Shown here: positions 1-13,436 of the stretch, in pieces
Position numbering within the stretch: position 1 is the stretch's first letter
How the letters are laid out: the number at the start of each line of letters is the position of its first letter
From: the human T2T-CHM13v2.0 reference genome, Homo sapiens
NCBI RefSeq assembly: GCF_009914755.1
Contig: NC_060928.1
DNA: 64,000 nt
Direction: 5' to 3' (one strand)
Made by a program: the position numbers and the translations under genes
The notes under the pieces: generated by a model
Seen by the model: the letters and a program-made list of their open reading frames with translations, nothing else
Database searches by the model: none
Told to the model about the DNA's origin: nothing

Positions 1-1833
1 AATGTTCAGCTCTTAGCAGAGAGGGTAGCTCCTCTCTGCTGCTGGTCATCCTGTTGTCTGCAGCTCTCAGCAGAGAGGAGGCCCTGAAGAGGGTAGACTC
101 CTCTCTGATGTTGATCATCCTGACCTCAGCAGCTCTCAGCAGAGAGGGTAGCTCCTCTCTGCAGCCGGTCCCTCCACTGGCTCTGCTCTGCTCTGGCTGA
201 GTCCAGGGCTTTTATGAGCCTCAGAGGGGAGGAAGTGCATGCCGATTGGTCCATGGGCCTGCGGTAAAGGCACCACAAGTCCCCACTCTGGTCCGCAGGG
301 CTGGCAGCCTGGCCCCCAGCCTTCAGGCCTGCCCTGTTCTGAAGATGAGGCCTCACCAGGGACCTGCCCTGCCCCTTCCCACCCAGGAACCTGTCTGCAT
401 CCTGCTGCTGCCCATCACACCCAGGCTGCTCACACCCGTGCCAAGGAGCACCCACAGGCCAGCCCAGAGCCTCATTCAGCTCCATCTTGGCCTCCCTCTC
501 CTACTTGGCATCCATAGTCCAGAAGGGCCAAGGTGGCAGGAGGCTGGTGTGTCAGTGCTGCCTGGAGCAGCACACACCTGGCTGGGCCACAACAACGCTG
601 GGACCAGGAAGAGGCCAGGCAATGGGAGCAGATACCCCTGAGTCTGCTGATGATGGGGGACCCACCTGGGTACTCGAGAGCACCAGGAGACCCAGGCCCA
701 CAGCCACAACCCAGGCAGCTGCAGCTGTGCCTGGGGAGCTCTCACCCTACCAACTCATAAGGGGCAGAGCTCCCGCCAGTCCCTGGCTCTGCAGAGTGTG
801 CAGCATTGACTGTGCTGCCTTCTCTGCATCTCCCACAGTGGTGGCAGGTGAGGTGCAGGTGGCATAGTGGCCCTGGCCAACCCAGCACAAACAAACCCGA
901 TGCTCCCAGGGCTAGTCCTGTGAGTCCCAGTGGCAGCACCTTTGGCCAGGTGCTTGTGGGCTTTCAAGACATGGTGGGGCGCGAGGTTGAGGCTGCAATG
1001 GCGGCTCCGAACTTAGTAGCAGGTCCTGCTACCTGTGCGAGGGTGGAGGTGGCACAGTCCACCTTGAGGACACGGGACACAGGAGACTGTTGCCACTGCT
1101 GCTCTCACAGTTGCTTCTGCTATCCTGTCTGCCTCCTTGCAGCCTGGAGCAGGGCTCCAGGCCATCGCTGGGCTGGGCTGCCGTCCAAGGCAAGGATGAC
1201 ATTGCCGCAAGTTCCCCCTGTGGACCCGGCTCTCGGTGGCAGCCTGGGGCTCCTCCTCGCACAGCTTGAGACCCTGCCGGGGGGCACCTCTGGGGCGGAT
1301 CGCGGGCCCCAAACCCAGTTGTCGGGAGCGCCAGGCTGAACAGTCACTCCGACGTGGGGTGGATCCTGGGGTTGCAGCGTCGGTGGCCCGGGCTGAGCCT
1401 CCAGCTGAGGTGCAGGAACTTGGAGCCGCCAGCAGGGTGGGTGCGGCGACAGAGTCGCTTGCCAGGTCTGGGAAGCGGGCGCCACTCCCGCTTTCCACCC
1501 CACACCCCTGAAGTACGGCCCCACTGTGCGTTCAGGCCCACCTCCCTTCACTCTGTGCGCAACTGCAGCACCCCTGGGTCCAACTCTGCCTTGAGACCCC
1601 TCCATGCCAGACCGTGCTCTTCCCCCGCCTGCAGGTAGGTCGGCCCGGCCCCACCTGAGTGGATCCCAGGGTTGGGCTTCCAGGGCAGCAGGCCCCAGGT
1701 ACCGTTCGCCTTGGAGTCCACCTGAGGATCCACAGCCTGCACCCCCACCTGCACCCACACCCGTGCCCCACCACAGCCGGTCCCGGCTGCCAAAGTGGCA
1801 GTGACTACTTTGGATGGCCCGCTGCTGCCATCA
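1..1833 (-). mobile_element. MER52-family long GC-rich LTR (ERV1), truncated by the window start
   Basis: The reverse complement of the right end reads TGATGGCAGCAGCGGGCCATCC, matching the MER52 5' terminus as I recall it. There are repeated cagctctcagcagagagggtagctcctctctgc units at 1-165, and GC content drops abruptly after 1833. Confidence 0.85.
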
Positions 1834-1944
1834 ATTTGAATGGTTTATATTTTGCCGTCCTTGTTGAGAAGAAAAACATGGATGTATAGATATACAGTGA
1901 TGGATGGACTAGCAGCTTAAGAATCATTTTGGGGACATTTTTAA

Positions 1945-2218
<274 letters not shown>

Positions 2219-2447
2219 ATTTTGAGGACGTTTCTCTTTTCAGAAAAGTTATAAGTATTTTGACCCTGCATGAAAGTTTGGAATGATGGAATCATATAAA
2301 CAAAAACAACAGAAAGCCTCAAAAGATTTTTTTAAACCAAACAAAAATTATTGGAACCAGCTTTTACCTCAAGCAGTGAATGAGCTACACAGAAAGTTGA
2401 TTTTTCTTTTATTAATGATTGCTAGTAATGAGAATTTTACACTTTAT

Positions 2448-2622
2448 TCTTCTCAACCTCCCTCCAGGTCAGTTTTGGTTGTTACAGCTGGAGGAATGAT
2501 ACTGGCATCCAGTGGGTAGAGGTCAGGGATGTTACCAGACATCCTATAATGCACAGGAAAACCCTCCCTGACCCACAATGAAACATTGTTAGCCCAAGTA
2601 ATGCTGAGATTGAGAAACCCTG
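2448..2622 (+). mobile_element. MER20 (hAT-Charlie MITE)
   Basis: actggcatccagtgggtagaggtcagggatgtt...catcctataatgcacagg...gagattgagaaaccctg matches the MER20 core and terminus. Confidence 0.85.
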
Positions 2623-3039
2623 CTGTAAAGTGTGGATTTTTATCTTGATGGGAGTTTTTCCAAATAGCTACATTGATGTTTACAATGCTTTATAAATAAA
2701 GGGAAGTTTTGTTCTGTTTGTTTGAATTACTAATAAGAGATAAAAGAGGCTTTAGAGACAGATTTTGGGATTTATAGATGCAATAAACACATAAACACAG
2801 TCTTCGAAAAATGTTCATGGAGACAATATGGTGATCTTGTGATACAGGGAAATGGAAAACATTTTATTATAGAAGAACATGAGAAATTTGTATTATTTTT
2901 TACTCTTTCATGGACATGAAATGAAACTTCTACTTTGTAGGTGTTGGTGTTGTACAGAATTATTTCTATATTTGTGAATTAAATCATATAATAAAGTAAT
3001 TGCAATATCCAAAAATCAATTATCTTGGTAGAATATTCA

Positions 3040-3130
3040 AGAGCCTGAAGCTCTGGATTCACTTCCCATTTGTGACTAAAGTTAATTTATTTAATGTCCA
3101 AGCCTCAGTTAACACATCTGAAAAGTAAGG
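3040..3130 (+). mobile_element. MIR fragment
   Basis: tgtgact..agttaatttatttaat..agcctcagtt..catctgaaaagt is a degenerate MIR core. Confidence 0.5.
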
Positions 3131-4099
3131 TAGTTTTTATAAACTTGTCAGATGGGCATTAGTTAATTTGTATTTGATAATTTGTATTGACACTAAACTG
3201 TTATCAGATGTTAAAAGAACTGTTCAGTCTTTGATTGCTGAACTTCAGTGTAAGGAGTAGGTATTTCTTTGTTCATTTCATAAAGGAGCTCTTGAACCTC
3301 CGTTTTCAAGCATTGTCTGCTCAGTCACAATAATTTGCAGTGGAAGGATGTATATGTAACCACACATGTGTAAACACATACACACCTAGTGACTTGATGG
3401 TAGAGAAGTTAAGGATTTACAAAATGTGTTTACATTGCTTTCCAGAGATTGAGGTTGAGGTTTTTGGAACCTGGCATACTGATAGTACCCATTATGGAAC
3501 CATAATCATGTGGAGTTAGCATACGAGATAGAGCATATAACCTATAAACATATTTAATGATACTCATCTATTGTGCTACAACAGAAACAGACATTGGAGA
3601 GTAAATGTAAATGATCTTATTCCCACTCTTAAAAATTTGCAGTTGATTTTATTTTTTAAATGATTATGTTGTCTGCCATACTACCCACAGTCCATTAACT
3701 AACTGAATGCATGTTGTCGAAAAAGTTCTACTTTCTGTAAAGGAGGAGAGGGAGAAAAAAAAAATGCAGGTTGGAGTCACAAATCATAGCAAGTCACTTT
3801 ACCTTTGCTTCCATGTTTAAGAAGGTGTCTCTTTGGTGGAGACAGATGAGATCTGTATTCTGTCACCACCAAAAGTCCTTGGGGTTATTTTTTTAATTTT
3901 TTTTTTTTAACTAAGGGACCAGCCAGGGCTACGCAACTAATATAGAGAAAAATTCAGACAAGAAATTAGATCTCAGATGGAGGTGGAAACTGCAAAGTTT
4001 GATCATCTTTTAGAGATTGCAGTGTATAAAATAAATTGTTTCACTTATAAATGGAAGCAAAGCAATAAACTTCATGTTATTCTATATACAACTTTAATT

Positions 4100-4830
4100 A
4101 CTGTTTCATTTTTTAAAAGATATTTTGTTAAGATGGTATTTTGAATTGGTAACATATGTATATAATTCAGAGATCAAAACTGTATGGAAAGATATACATG
4201 CTCATACCTTGTTCCTTCTACCACTGTACCCCAACCTTTCCACCTTACTTTTATTAGTCTCTTGTTTCTTCTTCCAATTTTTTAACACAAACAAAAAATA
4301 TGCAAATATATATGCAAATATAAATATATGTTTATGTGTGTGTATATATAATATATATTATATATAATTATATTATATATAATATATATATTATATTATA
4401 TATATTATATATATATATATATATGTTTTCAATACCCATTTCTCCCAGTTATATACAATGCAGGAAACTATGTATACCCTTCAGTACTTTGCTTTTTTGA
4501 TTTAGCTCTGTTTCTTGCAGATCTTTTTCTCTCAGTAAATGGGCATTTTCCTCATCCTTTTGAAGGATGCATGGATGAAGAACTACCATAGTTATTCAAC
4601 CAGTGCCTTATTTTATGGATTCTTAGGCTATTGTCAGTCTTTTGCCACTATTAACAGTACTACAAAGAGTAATCTTGTCCAGGTGTCATTTTGTACTTGT
4701 GCTGGTTTGTTGTAAAAGTGGGATTGTTGTGTTATGGGTAAATACATTTGTAATTTTGTTAGATATTATCGTATTTCCTTTTATGGTGATTCTACCATTT
4801 TTTACTTTCACCAGTAATTTTGAATGTGTC
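4100..4830 (-). mobile_element. Old L1 (L1ME-like) 3' fragment
   Basis: taccatagttattcaaccagt...ttaggctattgtcagtcttttgccactattaacagt...aaagtgggattg resembles an antisense L1M 3' region. Confidence 0.6.
4297..4423. repeat. (TA)n-rich low-complexity tract
   Basis: Directly visible alternating TA run. Confidence 0.95.
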
Positions 4831-5810
4831 GGGGTTTCCAGGTTGGTATCAGTAGTTAGTAGTTAATTTAAAAGGGTAAGTAAATAATCATTTAATGTTT
4901 TATATTTATGTTTAATGATTTTAACATAAAACATAAATATACATTGATTTCATTTGTCTTAGGGCAAATAATTTTTTAAGAATAGTCTGCTCATTGGAGC
5001 TCTGTAATACCTCTTTTCTAAACCATATTTTATTAATTTTAGTGTTTGGCATCTATCAAGTAGAGTGATAACTTAAGATACTCTGAGGTACCTTGAGTAT
5101 CCCCATTCATCTACAGCTGTTCTGCCAAACCAAATTAACAGTTGAGAGTTACTCATCTTTATTGAATCTTTCCTATTTAGGTTTTTTTTTCTAAAAAATA
5201 ATATATTTATTTGAATCACATAATTTCAATGTCAAGTAATTGTTAAACTAGAATTTTGGAATCAGTATTTTTTACTCATGTTTTGTTTACCGGTAAGTCA
5301 CCTTGCTTATTACAGTGTCTCAACGTATTAAGTGTTCAGTAAATTTTCATTGAATGGAATAGAAGGAAAAGAGGTAGTATGGAAATAGACTCAACTGATT
5401 CTAATTATGCACCCAAAACAAGAAAGCAAAGGTTACGAGAGCAGGAGGAGGGTGCGCATAGCAGAGGGCCTTCTTATCAGCCAGGATATTTAACCTCCCA
5501 TGGCTGAAGAGTCTAGGAAGTGACATATTTTGCTTTCCAGTCTCCTAACTTTCTCTTCTTAGACATACAAAATTTATATCAAATAGAGACAGTGTGGGTC
5601 CATCTTTTTCCCTCATTTTGCTGTCATTTTCAAACTTGTTTATTCTGGAAAATTATAACATGTCTTGCCAAAATTGATTGGCTAGATGTGCTGCAACTTA
5701 CAGAGCTTTAGACCAGTTATAATGATGAAGGTTCAGTTTAGATAGTAATGTGCTTTGAGGCAATAATTATGGGATATTTCCTTGTAGTGACCAGTAATTT
5801 TTATGTCTTC

Positions 5811-6158
5811 TGTATTAGTCCATTCTCACATTGCTAATAAAGACATACCTGAGGCTGGGTAATTTATAAAGGAAAGAGGTTTAATTGACTTACAGTTTAG
5901 CATGGCTGAGCAGGCCTAAGGAAACTTAACAATCATGGCGGAAGGCACCTCTTCACAGGGCTGAAGAGAGAGAATGAGTGCAAGCAGGGGTAATACCATA
6001 AACTTATAAAACCATCAGATCTCATGAGAACTCACTGACTATCATGAGAACAGCATGGGGGAAGCTGCCCCCATGATGCAATTACTTCCATGATGTGGGA
6101 ATTACGGAGATTACAATTCAAGATGAGATTTGGGTGTGGACACAACCAAACCATATCA
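5811..6158 (-). mobile_element. THE1 (C/D-like) MaLR solo LTR with small internal deletion
   Basis: Starts tgtattagtccattctcac and ends gagatttgggtgtggacacaaccaaaccatatca. A perfect 5-bp TSD tcttc lies at 5806-5810 and 6159-6163. Confidence 0.95.
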
Positions 6159-6621
6159 TCTTCCAAACAGAATTTATCATCAACACTGACGAGCCATTTC
6201 AGTTTTATCTTAATTATTGCAAGGACTGGTCAAGAGAACGTGTTTGGAAATTGGAAATTAATCATCTATGTTGAGGAAATAATTTATAACATTTGAGTTT
6301 CTCTGGTGAATCATTAACATAGTTTCCATATTTAAATTTCTGCCATTATATTTTTTCACATTGTCTGTCTTCTTTCCAAATAACTTCTCAGAGAAACTCT
6401 TAGAAAAAGCAGTAATAATTAAGGGCTAAAAAAAAGAGCTTCAGTGCACTTGTGACATCATTTTATCCGTTATAATTAACCATTAAAAATTAGTTAATAT
6501 TAGTTACCTAACTAAAGTTAGTTAATATAATATCATTATGTGTGCTGCATCATCTATGTGCCCTTCTGGCAAGACTGAGTTTTGGTGAGTGAGGGTTGTT
6601 ACTGCAGTCACATTCTAGACA

Positions 6622-7840
6622 CAGTCATGTGCTGCGTAACCATGTTTTGGTCAACATCAGACTGCATGTACAAATGTGTCCCATAAGATTATAATGGAGC
6701 TGAAAAATTCCTATGGCTTAGTAACACTGTAGCCATCATAATGTCATAACCATTATGATGTGGTAGCATAGTGCATTACTCTTGTGGCAATGCTGGTGTA
6801 AACAAACCTGCTGTGCTATTAGTCATATAAAAGTATAGCACATTCCATTTGTATAGTACATCATACTTGATAATAAACAACTGTGTTACAGGCTTATGTA
6901 TTACCTATACTATACATTTTTATCATTGTAGTGTGTACTCTGCTTATAAAAAAAAATTAACTGTAAAACAGCCTCAGGCAGGTCCTACAGGGGATATTCC
7001 ATAAAGAAGGCCTTGTAAACGTACGAGATGACAGCTTCATGCATATTATTGCCCTTGAATACCTTTCAGGGAAATAAGATGTAGAGGTGGAAGACAGTGA
7101 TATTGATGATCCTGACCTACGGGCCTAGGCTAATATATGTGTTTGTGTCTTCGTTTTTAGCAAAAAAGTTTAAAAAGTAAAATAATAAATAAAATTTAAA
7201 AATAGGAAAAAGCCTATAGGATAAGGATATAAAGAAGAAAATATTTTTGTGCAGCTGTATAACATGTTGTTTTAACCTAAGTGTTATTATAAGAGTCAAA
7301 AAGTTAAAAAAAAAAAAATAAATAAAAAATTTATAAAGTAAGTTACAGATTAATTCCTGAAGAAAGAAAAGTTTTAAAATAAGTTTAGCATAGTCTTATT
7401 GTACCGTGTTTATTATAAAATCTATAGTAGTGTACAGTAATGTCCTGGGCCTTCACATTCACTCTTTGCTCACCCAGAGCAAAGAGTTTACTCACTGACT
7501 CACCCAGAGCAACTTCCAGTCCTGCAAGTACCATTGCTGGTAAGTGCCCTATACAGGCATACCGTTTTTTAATCTCTTATACATTATTTTTACTGTGCCT
7601 GCTCTTTGTTTAGATATGTTTAGACACAAATACCATTGTGTTACAGTTGCCTACAGTGTTGAATACAGTAACATGCTGTACAGGTTTGTAGCCTAAAAGC
7701 AACAGGCTATATCATATGGCCTGGGTAGACTATACCATCTAGGTTTGTGTAAGTACACTCTGTGATGTTTGCACAATGACAAAATCACTTAAGGATGCAC
7801 TTCTCAGAACATATCCCCATTGTTAAGTGACACATGACTG
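6622..7840 (+). mobile_element. Tigger3b (Golem) non-autonomous DNA transposon
   Basis: TIRs cagtcatgtg...cacatgactg with TA on the right flank; ~1.2 kb; contains cccataagattataatggagctgaaaaattccta. Confidence 0.9.
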
Positions 7841-8296
7841 TATTTTGTTCTGTAACTTTCTTGGCCAAATGTACTATTTTGAGTCAAATTCCATAGACCT
7901 TTTTGTTTCCTCTTGAAGTATAATGAACCTTTTCCTTTTAACTTATAAAAAGATGAGTGTATTCAAGATTGATTGTTCAGAAACTTTGTCTGGGCAGATT
8001 TGACTTTTTATTTTAAATTAGCTTTGTCACAAGGATATTATCACCTTATGTCTTGAAACCCTGACCCAGCCCTCATTGCACTCTCCCAATTTCCCTGCTG
8101 GATTTTGTTTGATTATTTGTTGTTTTGCTGCCTCACCGATTTACACATATCACCCTGTAGTTTCAATATGTAAATTCAAAACTTACCTGTTTTGCTATCT
8201 AGGATAATATTTAGATAATCAGTTATGTTGATGAGAAAGAGATAGATTTGTTCTGAGATACTTAAATTTATTTTAACTGTTCTCTCCCCAGATATA

Positions 8297-8659
8297 CAGA
8301 TACTCCTCAACTTACAATGGAGTTCCTTCCTGTTAAAGGTATCTTAAGTTGAAAATATCATAAGTCAAAAATGGATTTAAAACACCTAACCTACCAAACA
8401 TCACAATTTAGCGTAGCTTACCTTATATGTGCTCAACACTTACATTAGCCTTCAGTTGGGCAAAATCGCCTAACATAAAACCTGTTTTATAATAAACTAT
8501 TGAATATATTATGTAATTAATTGAATACTGTACTGAAAGTGAAAAACAGAATGGTTGTATGGGTACTCAAAGTAAGGTTTCTTCTGAACATGTATCACTT
8601 TCACACTATCATAAAGCTGAAAACTCCAAAGTCAAATCATTGTAAGTCAGGGACTGTTC
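8297..8659 (+). mobile_element. MER47A (Tigger5-derived MITE)
   Basis: cagatactcctcaacttacaatgg...cctaacctaccaaacatca...gaaagtgaaaaacagaatggttgtatgggtactc...gtaagtcagggactgt, ~360 bp. Confidence 0.88.
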
Positions 8660-9627
8660 ATTACTTTTGTTTTCTAATGCAGTGGTAATTAATGAAGGAA
8701 AATACCAGAAATTGACAGTGTATTGATAAACTGTTCTTTCTATTCATAGGGCTATCTTTTTGCCTTTATACTAATCTCCTTTAATAAATGGAATAGAAAA
8801 CTACTTTTTTTTTTGGCCATGTCATCTGTTTTTTTGTTTTTTTTTTTTGACAGCATATTAGGTTGTGGATAGTATTTGGAAATCCACATCTGCTCTTTAT
8901 CCACATGTGTTTATCCTACTTGCAGTGTAGATAAAAATGTGCTTTGTATTTTAGATTAAAAATTGTGTTTTCCATTATTTTATCAATTTTCCTTTCTGAA
9001 AATTGACCTTTTAACTTTGTATTTTTGCAGGGAAAGCTTTTGTCAGAGGAACTTTTATTATTGTTTTTCAAAAGGCAGTTGCCTCAAGAAAATCTATTTT
9101 ACTTTAGTATGAAAGTGGAAAACTGACATTTAATTGCACAAGCTGTTTAAAAATCATAAAATATAACTACTGCTATAAAAATGTGTTCATATAAGAGACT
9201 AGAGGATAATATTCAGAGCATAAAACAATGGTTGGAGATCCACAGACAACCAACACTGGTAGTCAAATAGTGATTAAATTCTTGATAAGTCTTGCTGCTT
9301 TTTTTTCTGAAATTTTATTTAATAATATCATATAATGTTTTTCATTTGAAAAGGAAAAAGATGTTATCAAGTTCCTGCCTATTTAACTTTAGAGAGAACT
9401 TAGTTTGGTTTATTCAGTTAGACATGTAGTCAGTGTAGCACTTTAATCTTTTAACTTTACCACTTTAATTATTTTACAAATACAAGTTCTTGATGATCTT
9501 TTATGTTTTTCTAGGAAATATTAGTGATAACATCTCATATCAATTTTTTTGTAACATTCAGAATGTGTAGTCATGAAGAAGAACAGGGCTTACCTCAAAA
9601 TATCTGGTATACTCTGCAATAAAAGTA

Positions 9628-10711
<1,084 letters not shown>

Positions 10712-11339
10712 CCATGTTCTTATTGGACCACTGCATACCTGACATGTATTTCATTATTTGGTGAATATGAACTTTAAGAGGAAATTTCTTTATTATGAAG
10801 TTTTTTAAAACTGAAATTACAGTGTCACAAAATAGTTAACTTGGGTCAGAGGCATTCCAAATGATTTGCTCTGTAAGTGAATGAATGAATTGAAATCTAA
10901 CTTCGAGTATTATACTTCTTTTGACAGAAATTATTTTACAAAGAAAATGTAACATAAAATTAAGAAATTATTATTTCTCTGGTTTTGTTTGGCGATTCTA
11001 AAACAATCACCAGGAAACATATTACTTTTCCATGAGTTCTTACGAACACCTTTACCTTGGGTATATGAAAATGGCCTGCTCTTGAGTTGGATGCTTTATT
11101 CCAGATGTGTTCACATAAACAAAGTATGGAAAGTCTATACTTGTATGTATAGGAAACAATGGGTCAGCTTTGAAATTTTTTATGAAATGTACATAGATTT
11201 TTCTAGACACGTACAGAAAAATGAGAAGTCGTGTCTAGATGGAGCCATCTCTTGAGACTGGACATCTCCAGTAGAAATTTGACTTCTAGCTAGAAAGACA
11301 GTATCAAATTGTTCTCAAATATTAATTTATCATTCTTCT

Positions 11340-12530
11340 TTCAGGGCTTCCAGATGAGCTTGGAAACTGATTTACAGAGATAATTAAGACCATTTGCCAT
11401 GAACTTCCTTATGTATCCCCATCATTAACAAGACATAGCTTGGCTCTATTATTATCTGCTGCTCCTTTCCTACACTGTCAGAGAAGGACATTTTTTGCCT
11501 AAAGTTAATTGTTCCATCTAGTTTCTGTAGCTCATCTCAATTTTAAAAATTTTAGCTCCCTAGTTTCTCCTCACAGACCAAATATATTAAAAGTGAACTT
11601 GTGAAAGTCACCAGTGACTACTGAACAAAATTTAATGGTTTCCTTTCTTACTGTGTTCAATTCCATAAATTTTATCCTGCTGAGTACCTGTATCTTGAAA
11701 CCCTGTACCCTATTAGCTTTGATGACATGACACTTTTCCCTTCTGCTGACTCTGAGTCTAGTACTCTTTTATTTCAGTGGAATTTAATAATCACCTTAAT
11801 ATGGCAAATATTTAAACAAAAATCTGAATCCAGTCCAGCCTCCGGTTTTGTTTTATAATTCAAAATTTGAAATCTCAATTATTTTATCTCAATTTCTTTT
11901 TTCTGCTCTATTACCATTACTCTTCTGGTTGAGTTATTTCCTTTATTACTGCCATTGCCTCTTGACTCGTTTCTCTGCCTTCAGTCTCTTTCTCCACCAT
12001 TTCATATTCATTCTGTTTTATAGTATTCTTCCTAAAGGAGTGATATACTGTTAAGGAACATACAGGGACTCCTTGTTTGCCTCATCAAGTCCAGCTCTTC
12101 ATTCTGGCTTTTTCACTTTGCAAAAGTTGCCCATACCCCATGCAGCATCTTACCATTATAGTATTTTCTGTTTTCACTGAACATTTACCTTTTATCTTGG
12201 CAATTATGTCTTCTGGTAGTCATGTGATATGCACGTACTATTATACATTCATTATTTTCTCCAGGCTTTTGCTTATTTTGTCTCCTCCTCTTTCATCTAA
12301 AACCATGCTCATTACTTTTCCTTGACTGCCTGTCTTAACAGCCTTTTCCATGAATTTTTTATTTTTGAGGTTTTGTTTAGTTTTTACTAAATTGGCTCTA
12401 CAAATCTTTTTTCTCTAGCTTACTTGTCTTCTGTACCACCTAGCTTAGTTCTTGATGTTCTCTAATAGTTCATGTGTTCCAGGTTTTTCCTGTCTTTCTA
12501 ATAACATGTAAGTATCTTGAGGTCAGAGAG
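11340..12530 (+). mobile_element. L2 fragments
   Basis: gaacttgtgaaagtcaccagtgac..aatggt and gattactgccattgcctcttgactcgtttctctgccttcagtc are degenerate L2 motifs in CT-rich sequence. Confidence 0.55.
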
Positions 12531-12532
12531 AT

Positions 12533-12911
12533 TGATACAGTTTGGCTGTGTCCCCACCAAAATCTCATCTCAAATTATAGTTCCCATAATCCCCACATGT
12601 CATGGGAGAGACCTGGTGGGAGGTAATTGAATCATGGGGGTGCTTACCTCCATGCTGTTCTCATGATAGTCAGTGAGTTCTCATGAGATATGAAGGTTTT
12701 ATAAGGGGCTTTTCCCCTTTTGCTCTCATTCTTCTCCTTCCTGCCACCATGTGAAGAAGGATGTGTTTGCTTACTTTTCCACAATGATTGTAAGTTTCCT
12801 GAGGCCTCCCCAGCCATGCCAAACTATGAGTCAATTAAACTTTTTTCCTTTATAAACTACCCAGTAGCCTTGGGTATGTCTTTATTAGCAGCATGAGAAG
12901 GAACTAATACA
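12533..12911 (+). mobile_element. THE1C-like MaLR solo LTR
   Basis: tgatacagtttggctgtgtccccacc...actaataca with a perfect 5-bp TSD gagat at 12528-12532 and 12912-12916. Confidence 0.96.
12624..12634 (+). promoter_or_regulatory. DUX4-type motif within THE1 LTR
   Basis: TAATTGAATCA matches the DUX4 consensus known in THE1/MaLR LTRs. Motif only; no activity evidence. Confidence 0.5.
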
Positions 12912-12992
12912 GAGATCAAATCATATTTTTGATAGCCGTCAGATAATAGTTGTTTCATGAATTTTGCCCGTTAATTAAAAATAAGACTACAT

Positions 12993-13273
12993 GGCCAAGT
13001 GCAGTGGCCCACACCTGTAATCCCAACATTTTGGGAGCCTGGGGCAGGAGGATCACTTAAGGCTAGGAGTTTGAAACCAGCCTGGGAAACTTTGGGAGAC
13101 CTTGTCTCTACAAAAATTGAAAAATCAGCTGTAGCCCTGGCTACTCAGGAGGTTGAGGCAGGAGGATTGCTAGCTAGATCCCAGAGGTTGAGGCCTATGG
13201 TGATCCGTGATCTTGCCACTGCTCTGTAGCCTGGGTGACAGGGTGAGACTCTTGTCTCTAAAAATAAATAAAC
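12993..13273 (+). mobile_element. AluJ (diverged)
   Basis: ggccaagtgcagtggcccacacctgtaatccc...ggaggatcactt; flanked by ataagac repeats. Confidence 0.9.
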
Positions 13274-13416
13274 ATAAGACACAGAAGCTAAATATTTAAA
13301 TCTCTTTAGTTTTCACAGGAAGTCAATAATGAAACCAGGATCTGAGTAGAAACAGTTATTTTAAAATCATAATATCACAGTTTTATCATATCAGTTTTTA
13401 TAGTTGTAAAAATTTC

Positions 13417-13436
13417 ACATCAGCAGAGGGCAGTCA
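13417..13436 (+). promoter_or_regulatory. Candidate CTCF motif
   Basis: catCAGCAGAGGGCAGtc fits the CCASYAGRKGGCRS core with one mismatch, in non-repeat sequence. Confidence 0.4.

Noticed and set aside
8-165. Repeated cagctctcagcagagagg units as a CRISPR-like array
   Set aside because: Irregular, degenerate internal repeats of the MER52 LTR in a eukaryotic context, with no unique spacers of constant length.
126-1889. Dense overlapping ORFs up to 212 aa in all six frames
   Set aside because: They lie inside the GC-rich MER52 LTR, where stops are rare. The peptides are low-complexity P/G/A/R-rich with no recognisable domain.
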